DNA of 47,680 nucleotides, taken from the NCBI GenBank assembly GCA_050015915.1, contig JBEKAM010000001.1:1-47680 (forward strand). Direction: 5' to 3'. This DNA comes from Solirubrobacteraceae bacterium (GTDB lineage: Bacteria; Actinomycetota; Thermoleophilia; Solirubrobacterales; Solirubrobacteraceae). Positions 29,098 to 37,239 of this stretch are shown here, in pieces (position 1 is the first letter of the stretch; the number at the start of each line of letters is the position of its first letter). The notes below the pieces were generated by a model. The model had not been told where the DNA came from and ran no database searches. It was given only the letters and a program-made list of their open reading frames with translations. The position numbers and the translations under genes are program-made.

Positions 29098-30723
29098 ATG
29101 AGCGTACCCCTGAGCGACAGCACCATCTCCCCCGACAGAAGCGGCGCGACAGAGGAGCTCGCCGTACGCGACCCCGCGACGGGCGCCGTCCTCGGAGCAG
29201 TCACGGCGACGGCACCCGAGCGCGTCGAAGGGGTGGTGGAGGCGGTCGCCAAGGTGCAGCCGCTGTGGGCGCTCTTGCGGGTCAAGGACCGCGCCCGCTA
29301 CATGAACAGGATGGCCCAGGCAGTGATCGATGACTTCGATGAGCTGCAAGAGGGACTCGCTCGTGAGCAGGGCAGGCCCCGCGGGGAGATCGCCGCGCTG
29401 GAGCTGCTCGCGGCCGTTGACGCGCTGAAGTGGATCGCCGAGGATGGAGCGGACGTGCTCGGCGGGCGGCGAGTGGGGATCAACCGCTCGCTGACAATCG
29501 CCAAGCGGGCACGGATCGCGTTCGAGCCATACGGCGTTCTCGGCGTGATCGGCGCCGGCAGCGCACCGTTTGCTCAGCCCCTCGGCCAGATCGCTGGAGC
29601 GCTACTGGCGGGCAACGGCGTGGTCTTCAAGCCGGCCGCGCGCGCAAGCCTCGCGGGCGAGCGGATCGCGCGCGTGCTCGCGCGCGCTGGGCTTCCCGAG
29701 GGGCTTGTGCGGGTCATCCACGGCGATGCCGGCGTGGGCGTCGCGCTGGCGCAAGCGTCCGTCGACAAGATCCTGTTCACCGGATCGCCCGCCGTCGGGC
29801 GTGTAGTGGCGCGTGCGTGCGTCTCCCGCGAGAAGGAGGTCACGGTCGAGTTGGGCGGCAAGGACGCGATGCTGGTGCTCGCTGATGCACACCTGCGGCG
29901 CGCTGTCGGCGGGGCATTGTGGGCAGGATGCGCCGGCGCCGGGCAGGCGCGAGGCTCGATCGAGCGCATCTACGTCGCTCGCGAGGTCTATGAGCGATTC
30001 CTTGCGGGGCTCGTTGCCGGCGCGCGCGCCCTCAGCGTCGGTGACCCTGTCGATCCCCGTGTGCAGGTCGGACCGCTTGCGTCTGTGCGCCGCGCCGAGC
30101 ACGTCGCGGCGTTGGTGGACGAGGCTGTCGCACAGGGAGCGCAGCTGCATTGCGGCGGGCCCGTGAGGCCGGCGGGCTGCGACGCTGGCGCCTTCTACGC
30201 ACCCGCTGTGATCACCGGCGCAACATCGGAGATGCGCGTACTGCGCGAGCCGATCGACGGACCCGTGCTTGTTGTCGTGCCCGTCGACTCAATCGATGAG
30301 GCGATCGCTGCCGCCAACGGCAGCGACTACTGCTTGGGCGCATCTGTGTGGACCGCCGACCGCTACCAGGGGATCCGTATCGCCCGTGAGCTGCACGCCG
30401 GCATGGTCTGGCTCAATGACCACCTGCCCGGGCCCACCGTCTCGCGCGGCCCTTGGGGAGCGGCCGCCGGGGGCGGCCTCGGCCGCACGCTCGGACAAGC
30501 TGGGCTCAGGGCCTGCGCGCAGGAGAAGCTCATCACCTGGGACCCACCCAACATGCGCGGGCTGTGGTGGGGTCCTTACGATTCGAGCAGCATCAAGGCG
30601 ATGCGCACCGTCGCCAAGTTGCGCTCCGCGCGTGAGTCAGATCGCGAGCACGCCTGGCGAGAGGGTGCACTTGCGCTCGCACGGGTGGGTGCGCGCGCGT
30701 TCGGGCGCGGGCTGCCGCGGTGA
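29098..30723 (+). CDS. Aldehyde dehydrogenase family protein lacking catalytic Cys and Asn (probable pseudoenzyme)
   Basis: FKPA, FTGS and ELGGKD present; GQxC reads GQAR and PWNxP reads AGSAP. Confidence 0.85.
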   Translation: MSVPLSDSTISPDRSGATEELAVRDPATGAVLGAVTATAPERVEGVVEAVAKVQPLWALLRVKDRARYMNRMAQAVIDDFDELQEGLAREQGRPRGEIAALELLAAVDALKWIAEDGADVLGGRRVGINRSLTIAKRARIAFEPYGVLGVIGAGSAPFAQPLGQIAGALLAGNGVVFKPAARASLAGERIARVLARAGLPEGLVRVIHGDAGVGVALAQASVDKILFTGSPAVGRVVARACVSREKEVTVELGGKDAMLVLADAHLRRAVGGALWAGCAGAGQARGSIERIYVAREVYERFLAGLVAGARALSVGDPVDPRVQVGPLASVRRAEHVAALVDEAVAQGAQLHCGGPVRPAGCDAGAFYAPAVITGATSEMRVLREPIDGPVLVVVPVDSIDEAIAAANGSDYCLGASVWTADRYQGIRIARELHAGMVWLNDHLPGPTVSRGPWGAAAGGGLGRTLGQAGLRACAQEKLITWDPPNMRGLWWGPYDSSSIKAMRTVAKLRSARESDREHAWREGALALARVGARAFGRGLPR

Positions 30724-30754
30724 GGCACGCCGCTCCTGCACTACTCTTGAGCAC

Positions 30755-31504
30755 ATGCCCGCCCAAGCCTACGCTGGCAAGGAGTGCGTCTGCCAACTAC
30801 GCAGAGGAATCTGCGACCAGAGCTGCGTGCAGGGGATGCTCGACACCCCCTTCTACATCGCCTGCCTAAAGCTCTCCGGCCGACGCTGCCTGGTGATCGG
30901 CGGCGGTGAGATCGGCCTGGAGAAGGTCGAGGGGCTGCTCGCGTGCGGCGGCGAGGTGACGCTGATCGCCCCCGAGGCGGAGCCCGCGCTCGAGCAGTAC
31001 GCGCGCGAGGGCTCGATCCACTGGGAGCAGCGCGACTACGCGGGCGCGAGCGACCTGGAGGGCGCGTTCATGGCGATCGCCGCAACCGACAACACCGACG
31101 TGAACATCGCCGTCTACGAGGATGCCGAGCGACGGGCAATGCTCGTCAACGTCGTTGACGTCCCGCCCCTGTGCAATTTCATCCTGCCCGCGATCGTGCG
31201 CATGAGCCCGCTCGCGATCGCCATCTCCACAGCTGGCGCCTCGCCGGCGCTGGCCAAGCGCATGAAGCGCGAGATCGAAGCTCAGTTTGGCGAGCCCTAC
31301 GCGCGTCTGGCGGTGCTGCTCAACGAGGTACGCGGCTGGGCCAAGGGGACGCTCGCGACCTACCAGGAGCGCAAGGACTTCTTCGAGGGCATCGTCAACG
31401 GCGACCCCGACCCGATTGCGCTATTGCGTGACGACGAGGCCGGCGAACAGGCCGTACGCGAGCTGATCGCGCGAGCGCAGAGCGCACACGCTTTGCACGT
31501 CTAG
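30755..31504 (+). CDS. Precorrin-2 dehydrogenase / sirohydrochlorin ferrochelatase (SirC/Met8/CysG N-terminal type)
   Basis: [36 protein letters not shown]; start is leaderless ATG 30755 or ATG 30836. Confidence 0.92.
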   Translation: MPAQAYAGKECVCQLRRGICDQSCVQGMLDTPFYIACLKLSGRRCLVIGGGEIGLEKVEGLLACGGEVTLIAPEAEPALEQYAREGSIHWEQRDYAGASDLEGAFMAIAATDNTDVNIAVYEDAERRAMLVNVVDVPPLCNFILPAIVRMSPLAIAISTAGASPALAKRMKREIEAQFGEPYARLAVLLNEVRGWAKGTLATYQERKDFFEGIVNGDPDPIALLRDDEAGEQAVRELIARAQSAHALHV

Positions 31505-31516
31505 AGGCTCACGACA

Positions 31517-31547
31517 CTGGTGACCTGGGGCGAGCCCAGGTCACCAG
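31517..31547. terminator. Perfect 13-bp hairpin between convergent genes
   Basis: CTGGTGACCTGGG-GCGAG-CCCAGGTCACCAG. Confidence 0.75.
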
Positions 31548-31557
31548 ATTCGCCGTG

Positions 31558-31716
31558 TTACTGATCCAGCGCCCACACGGTGCCCCACGCCGTACGGATG
31601 AATTCATACAAGAGGGCGTCGCGCTGATCCTCGTTGCTCTCGTTGAGGTCTTCGATCACGTGCCCGACGACTGTCGCCGCGGCGACAGGGTCAAGCGGCC
31701 AGTCTCTGGGTTCCAT
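31558..31716 (-). CDS. Small acidic hypothetical protein (52 aa)
   Basis: MEPRDWPLDPVAAATVVGHVIEDLNESNEDQRDALLYEFIRTAWGTVWALDQ; GGGGAGCTAAGGG upstream of ATG; ends 10 nt before the hairpin. Confidence 0.6.
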   Translation of the reverse strand: MEPRDWPLDPVAAATVVGHVIEDLNESNEDQRDALLYEFIRTAWGTVWALDQ

Positions 31717-31819
31717 CCCTTAGCTCCCCTACTACGTGATTAGCCAAAGTGCACAAGATAGTCATGTCCTAAAAACTCGAACTGACATGTATGGTTGCGC
31801 AACTCCTCAACAATTCACG

Positions 31820-31853
31820 TCCAAAACGTGTTCGCGGCTATGGACGTTTTGGA
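31820..31853. promoter_or_regulatory. 10-bp perfect inverted repeat, operator-like
   Basis: TCCAAAACGT-N14-ACGTTTTGGA in the AT-rich region between the small ORF and ccmA. Confidence 0.45.
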
Positions 31854-31994
31854 GTAGACCTCGCCACGTTGCTTAGGCCAAGAGGCGGGACCCCGCTCGA
31901 TCTTCGGCCCACGCAACGGCTGTAGAGTCGCCGGAATGGCCCAAAGCACACCTGCGTGGTCGGGCGGTAGTCCAGCCCGTCCGCGAACGACACC

Positions 31995-32687
31995 ATGAGC
32001 GAGCCAGCGCTCGAGCTGGAGGGGCTCGCTCGACACTACGGCGAACGCGAGGCGCTCAGCGGCGTGTCGCTGTCGCTCACCGCTGGACAGACACTGGTCG
32101 TGTTCGGTCCGAACGGCGCCGGCAAGACAACACTGTTGCGTGTGCTCGCCACGCTGCTTCGCCCCCATGCCGGCGATGTTCGCGTGCTCGGCTCGAGCCT
32201 TCCCAACGATGCGTGGGCGGTACGTGGCCGCGTCGGGCTGCTCGGACACGAGCCACTGCTCTACCGCGAGCTGACCGCACGCGAGAACCTGCGCTTCCAC
32301 GCGCGCCTGCACGGAGTGGGCGACGAGCGCGTGGACGAGCTGCTGCAGTCCGTGGCGATGAGCGCCCGCGGTGGCGAGCCGCTGCGAACGCTCTCGCGCG
32401 GGATGGTCCAGCGGGTGGCCGTCGCCCGCGCAGTGCTGCACGACCCCGAGCTACTGCTGCTCGATGAGCCCCATTCCAATCTCGACCCCGCCGCCATCGA
32501 GCTCGTCGCACCGCTGATCGGGCTGGGCGGGGACGGTAAAAGGCGCACGCGCGTGATCTGCAGCCACAACCCCACAGGCGACCTCGCCGAAGCTGATGTG
32601 GTGCTGGGATTGCGCGCTGGGCGTCCGGCGCTGCTGCGCGCAGCTACAGACGTAGACCCTGGTGAGATCGCGGAGCTATACCGATGA
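31995..32687 (+). CDS. ccmA: Heme ABC exporter ATP-binding protein CcmA
   Basis: GPNGAGKT, LSRGMVQR, LLLDEP; precedes ccmB and ccmC. Confidence 0.88.
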   Translation: MSEPALELEGLARHYGEREALSGVSLSLTAGQTLVVFGPNGAGKTTLLRVLATLLRPHAGDVRVLGSSLPNDAWAVRGRVGLLGHEPLLYRELTARENLRFHARLHGVGDERVDELLQSVAMSARGGEPLRTLSRGMVQRVAVARAVLHDPELLLLDEPHSNLDPAAIELVAPLIGLGGDGKRRTRVICSHNPTGDLAEADVVLGLRAGRPALLRAATDVDPGEIAELYR

Positions 32688-33418
32688 GCGTGCAAACCAC
32701 GTCGCGGGCGGTGGAGACCAGGCGCCCCGTCCAGAGCATTGGGCTGTGGTCCACTGTCCGCGCGCTGCTGCGCAAGGAGCTGCTCGTCGAGCTGCGCACG
32801 CTGGAGTCGGTTCCCGCGATGTCGCTGTTCGCGCTGAGCACATTCGTCGTCTTCCACTTCGCGCTGAACCGCAACAGCGTCGAAGGCGATCTCGGCGCGG
32901 GGATCCTCTGGGTGACGCTGCTGTTCGCCGCCATCCTCGGCATCAACCGTCTCTTTGTGGCAGATGCCGACCAGGGCGGCTTCGATGCATTTCTGCTCGC
33001 GCCTGTGGATCGCAGCGCAATGCTCATCGCCAAGGTACTTACGCTGCTGGCCTACCTCGCCGTGCTCGAGTTGGTGGCCGTCCCCGCCTTTGCGCTGCTG
33101 CTACTCGGATCGCCACTCGGCCCCGCACTGCCCTGGCTACTGGCGACGCTCGCGCGTGGTGATGTCGGCGTAGCGGTCATCGGCACGCTGGTGGCTGCGA
33201 TGGCGGTGCGCACACGCGCACGCGACCTGCTCGGGCCGCTGCTGGCGCTACCGCTACTCGTGCCGATCGTGATCGGCGGCGCACGCGCGACCTCGCCGCT
33301 GCTCGTACAGGCCCACCTGGTAGCGCCCGCGGGGCGCTGGCTGCTTACGCTTGGGCTCTATGATCTGGTGTTCGGGCTGATCGCCTTCGCCCTGTTCGAC
33401 TTCCTCCTGGAGGATTAA
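32684..33418 (+). CDS. ccmB: Heme exporter protein CcmB
   Basis: RKELLVELR, GILWVTLLFA, RARDLLGPLLALPLLVP, 6 TM helices. Confidence 0.88.
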   Translation: MSVQTTSRAVETRRPVQSIGLWSTVRALLRKELLVELRTLESVPAMSLFALSTFVVFHFALNRNSVEGDLGAGILWVTLLFAAILGINRLFVADADQGGFDAFLLAPVDRSAMLIAKVLTLLAYLAVLELVAVPAFALLLLGSPLGPALPWLLATLARGDVGVAVIGTLVAAMAVRTRARDLLGPLLALPLLVPIVIGGARATSPLLVQAHLVAPAGRWLLTLGLYDLVFGLIAFALFDFLLED

Positions 33419-33422
33419 CTAC

Positions 33423-34217
33423 GTGGAACGCTCGAGCCGACCATTCGGCTACGGAAATGGATTGCGCACGCTGAGCATCGCCACGGTCATCGCCATTGCG
33501 GTCACGCTCGGCCTGGTCTTCTTCTATGCCCCTCTGGAAGCCGAACAGGGCTTTTTGCAGAAGATCTTCTACGTGCACGTACCGCTGGCGATCATCGCCC
33601 TGTGCGGGTTCGTGCTCGGCGGCCTGCTCGCAATCCAGCACCTGCGCACACGCGATCCGCGGTGGGACATGCGCTCCTACGTGGTCATCCACATGAGCCT
33701 TATCTTTGCCGTCGGCACGCTCATCTCGGGCTCGATCTGGGCGAAGGGCTCGTGGGGGCACTGGTGGGTGTGGAGCGAGCCCACGCTCGTGTCGTTCCTG
33801 ATCATCTTCCACCTCTACGCCACCTATCAGCCACTGCGCTTTGCGATCGAGGACCCCGAGCGCCAGGCGCGCTACGCCTCCGTGTTTGCGATCACCGCCG
33901 GGGCATTCGTGCCGCTTAACTTCATCGCCGTGCGCCTTTCCACGGAATACCTACATCCACGAGTGCTCGGCAGCACCTCAAACCTCCCCGGCCCGATGGC
34001 GTTGACGTTCCTGGTCTCGCTTTGCTCGATGGCACTACTGTTCGCGACCCTGTGCAAGTACGAGCTGACCGCCAAGCACACTCGCTCACAATTGCGCGCG
34101 CTACGCAGAAGGCTGTCGGGTGAACATGCTGACGCGCCGCGAGCGCGCAGTGCCGTTCCCGCGATCCAACACGCCACAGCGACATCCATGGGCGCGGGCG
34201 TAAAGTCGGTGGGATGA
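33423..34217 (+). CDS. ccmC: Heme chaperone CcmC
   Basis: IFYVHVP, WWD-type WAKGSWGHWWVW, YLHP. Confidence 0.88.
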   Translation: MERSSRPFGYGNGLRTLSIATVIAIAVTLGLVFFYAPLEAEQGFLQKIFYVHVPLAIIALCGFVLGGLLAIQHLRTRDPRWDMRSYVVIHMSLIFAVGTLISGSIWAKGSWGHWWVWSEPTLVSFLIIFHLYATYQPLRFAIEDPERQARYASVFAITAGAFVPLNFIAVRLSTEYLHPRVLGSTSNLPGPMALTFLVSLCSMALLFATLCKYELTAKHTRSQLRALRRRLSGEHADAPRARSAVPAIQHATATSMGAGVKSVG

Positions 34218-34495
34218 TGTTCGCCGTCGTTCTCGCCCAGACGCCCGCACTGCCGCTGCACACGGCCGGCAAGTACGTCGCCGGCGCCTACATCGTGCTG
34301 TTTGCGATCGTGCTCATCTACGTGGCGATCATGGCCATCCGTCTCAGCCGCATCGAGCGCGAGCTCGGCGAGCTGCTGAGCATCTCCGAGCGCACCGGCG
34401 AGGCTGCCACGCGCTCCGCGGCAGAGCAAGCTGCCGGTGGCGCTTCAGGGGACGCGGGTCGGCAAGACCAGCAACCGGAGTCGACACTGGCATGA
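34214..34495 (+). CDS. CcmD-like small membrane protein
   Basis: YVAGAY, a TM helix and a charged tail; coupled to ccmC and hemA. Confidence 0.7.
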   Translation: MMFAVVLAQTPALPLHTAGKYVAGAYIVLFAIVLIYVAIMAIRLSRIERELGELLSISERTGEAATRSAAEQAAGGASGDAGRQDQQPESTLA

Positions 34496-35865
34496 GCGAG
34501 CTGCTGGCGCTGGGCATCTCCCATAAGACCGCGCCCGTGGCGCTGCGGGAACGCCTCGCGTTCAGCGAGCGCGAGGCGGGTGAGTTCGCACGCCTAGCTA
34601 CGGCCACAGAGGAGGTGCGCGAGGCGGTTGTGATCTCCACGTGCAATCGCACGGAGGTCTACCTCGTCGTCGGCGGGGCGGGCGGGGATCTAGTGCAGGC
34701 GGAGGCCGATGTGCTGGGCTTAATGGCCCGGCGCGCTGAGATCCGACCGACTGAGCTGGCCGACGTGATCTACTCGCCGCGCAACTGCGACGCTGCTCGT
34801 CACCTCTACCGCGTCACCGCGAGCCTCGAGTCGATGATCCTCGGCGAGGCGGACATCCAGGGGCAGGTGCGCCGCGCCCACGAAACGGCGATGCACGCAG
34901 GCGCCACGGGACCGTTTTCGAACCGGCTATTCGCCGCCGCGCTCACCACCGGCAAGCGCGTGCGCTCGGAGACCGACATCGGCTCTAGCCGCGTGAGCGT
35001 TTCCTCCGTCGCCGTCGATCTCGCGCTCAGCGTGCTCGGCGGCCTGCAGGACCGCAACGTCGTGATCCTCGGAGCGGGCGAGGCCTCAGAGCTCACAGCG
35101 CGCGCGCTCTCCGAGCAGGGCGCGGGCACGATCTTCGTCGCCAACCGCCACGCCGACCGCGCGATCAGCCTCGCGCAGCGCTTCGGCGGCTCGGTCGTCG
35201 GACTGGACAAGCTGCCGGAGCAGCTCGTGCACGCGGACATCGTGCTTGCCTCGACCTCCTCGCCCCACCCGATTCTCGGACGCGACGAGCTGGAGCTCGT
35301 GATGGGAGAGCGGGGCGGGCAGGGCGCCAGGCCACTACTCATCATCGACATCGCCGTGCCCCGCGACGTCGACCCAGCGTGTGGCGAGCTCGAGGGCGTC
35401 AACCTGTACGACATCGATGACCTGCAGGCGGTCGTCGCGCGCAACCTCAGCACGCGGGCAGAGGAGACCCCACAAGCTCTGGAGATCGTGGAGGAAGAGA
35501 TCCAGCGCTTCGCCCGCTGGATGGGCCAGCTGGACGCACTGCCGACGATCAGCGCCCTGCGTTCACACGGCGATGACATCGTGCAGCAGGTACTGACCGA
35601 GAACTCGGGGCGCTGGGAGTCAGCTTCCGAACGCGACCTCGCGCGCGTCGAGGCGATCGCGCGGTCAGTGATGAGCCGCCTGCTGCACGAGCCCACGATC
35701 CGCCTGCGCAGCCTCAGCGACGATCGCGGCCACGCCAGCCTCGAGCTGGTGCGGGAGCTGTTCGGGCTACGCGAGGATGGGGCGGGCGGGCTCTCGATCG
35801 ACGAGCAGCCGGCGGAGCTCGCAGAGGTGCACGATCTGCGCCCGCGCCGGCGCCGACCTATTTGA
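34492..35865 (+). CDS. hemA: Glutamyl-tRNA reductase
   Basis: SHKTAP, STCNRTE, SLESMILGE, GAGE, DIAVPRDVD. Confidence 0.96.
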   Translation: MSELLALGISHKTAPVALRERLAFSEREAGEFARLATATEEVREAVVISTCNRTEVYLVVGGAGGDLVQAEADVLGLMARRAEIRPTELADVIYSPRNCDAARHLYRVTASLESMILGEADIQGQVRRAHETAMHAGATGPFSNRLFAAALTTGKRVRSETDIGSSRVSVSSVAVDLALSVLGGLQDRNVVILGAGEASELTARALSEQGAGTIFVANRHADRAISLAQRFGGSVVGLDKLPEQLVHADIVLASTSSPHPILGRDELELVMGERGGQGARPLLIIDIAVPRDVDPACGELEGVNLYDIDDLQAVVARNLSTRAEETPQALEIVEEEIQRFARWMGQLDALPTISALRSHGDDIVQQVLTENSGRWESASERDLARVEAIARSVMSRLLHEPTIRLRSLSDDRGHASLELVRELFGLREDGAGGLSIDEQPAELAEVHDLRPRRRRPI

Positions 35866-35902
35866 TGCCCCACCCACCCTGCCCGCTCCGCGCGTCCCGC
35901 TG

Positions 35903-36838
35903 ATGCGCATCGGAACGCGGCGCAGCGCGCTCGCGTTGGCACAGGCAGAGCTGATCGCCCAGCTGCTGACGGGTGCCGGTCACGGCAACTGCGAGATCGT
36001 GGCGATGACCACCAGCGGCGACCGGCTGAGCGCCGCCGGTGACGACACCGCCACGGATGGGAACGACAAGTCGCGCTGGGTCGCCGAGCTCGAGGATGCC
36101 CTCGCTGAGGGGCGGATCGACCTCGCGGTGCACTCCGCCAAGGATGTGCCGGGAGCGCTAGCTGAGGGGCTCGCGCTGCATGGCGCTCCCACACGTGCGC
36201 CAGCCGAGGACGTGTTGTGCGGTGTCGCCCGGCTCGAGGAGCTAAGCGCTGGCGCGCGCGTGGGTACGAGCAGCATCCGCCGTCTCGCACAGCTGCGAGC
36301 CACACGCGAGGACCTTGATGTGGTGAGCATCCGCGGCAACGTCGACACACGCCTGCGCAAGCTCGGCGACCCAGAGGAATGCCTCGATGCGATCGTGCTT
36401 GCGCACGCCGGGCTGCAGCGACTGGGACGCGCGTCCGAGGCCGGCGGGGTGCTCGACATCGAGCGGTTCGTGCCAGCGCCCGGACAAGGTGTGCTCGCAC
36501 TCGAGGGTCGCGTCGACGACAGCGCTACGCGCACAGCGGTGGAGGCAATCACCGACAAAGACGCCTTTGCCTGCCTGCTCGCCGAGCGCGCGCTCGCGCA
36601 AGCGCTCGACGCGAGTTGCCACACGCCGCTCGGCGCTTACGCCGGGCCGGCAGGCTGTGGCTGTCTGGAGCTGCGCGCTTGGGTGGGACTGCCAGACGGC
36701 TCTGCCTGGGTGAACGACGAGCTGCTCGGCGGCTTCTACGACCCCGAGCAGCTCGGGCAGCGCGTGGCAGAGCGGATGCTTGCGGCGGGGGCTGGGGATC
36801 TGCTGCGTAGGGCGGAGGAGATGGCAGGAAGCGTGTAG
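35903..36838 (+). CDS. hemC: Hydroxymethylbilane synthase (porphobilinogen deaminase)
   Basis: IGTRRSALALAQ, AVHSAKDVP, GTSSIRR, IRGNVDTRL, ASCHTP. Confidence 0.96.
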   Translation: MRIGTRRSALALAQAELIAQLLTGAGHGNCEIVAMTTSGDRLSAAGDDTATDGNDKSRWVAELEDALAEGRIDLAVHSAKDVPGALAEGLALHGAPTRAPAEDVLCGVARLEELSAGARVGTSSIRRLAQLRATREDLDVVSIRGNVDTRLRKLGDPEECLDAIVLAHAGLQRLGRASEAGGVLDIERFVPAPGQGVLALEGRVDDSATRTAVEAITDKDAFACLLAERALAQALDASCHTPLGAYAGPAGCGCLELRAWVGLPDGSAWVNDELLGGFYDPEQLGQRVAERMLAAGAGDLLRRAEEMAGSV

Positions 36839-36896
36839 TGGCACCCAGCTATGTCAATGCCGATCCTGCCGCAGACTGTGTACTAAGTTGGTGGTC

Positions 36897-37136
36897 ATGC
36901 GTCTGCAAATAAACCTGGATGACGATCTCCCAGAGGAGCTCGACCGACGCATCGGCAGGGAGCGTAGAAACACGTTCATCGCAGAGGCAGTGCGAAGCGC
37001 CCTCAAGGACGAACGGCGTTGGGAGGACATAGAAGCCGGCCTCGGTGCACTCTCCGACAGCGGACACGCTTGGGACGCGAATCTAGCCGAGTGGGTCAGG
37101 GCCCAGCGTCGCGGCGACTCAGCCCGTATCGGCTAG
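36897..37136 (+). CDS. Ribbon-helix-helix (CopG/VapB-like) antitoxin
   Basis: MRLQINLDDDL...LDRRIG...RNTFIAEAVR, ending WVRAQRRGD; -10 TAAGTT 7 nt upstream of ATG. Confidence 0.72.
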   Translation: MRLQINLDDDLPEELDRRIGRERRNTFIAEAVRSALKDERRWEDIEAGLGALSDSGHAWDANLAEWVRAQRRGDSARIG

Positions 37137-37239
37137 GCGTGCTGCTCGCAGCCGTTCTGTCAGGTAGCCAGCCTTTGTCTAATCAGCTCGCCACAACAGG
37201 TCTCCTCGAAGTCGTGCGCGGAACGCGCGCTGTCCGAGC

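Noticed and set aside
34806-36500. 564-aa minus-strand ORF and other long antisense ORFs (e.g. 12875-14215, 18256-19614, 19970-21253, 37254-38534, 40459-41724)
   Set aside because: Shadows of well-supported genes caused by high GC; no recognisable motifs
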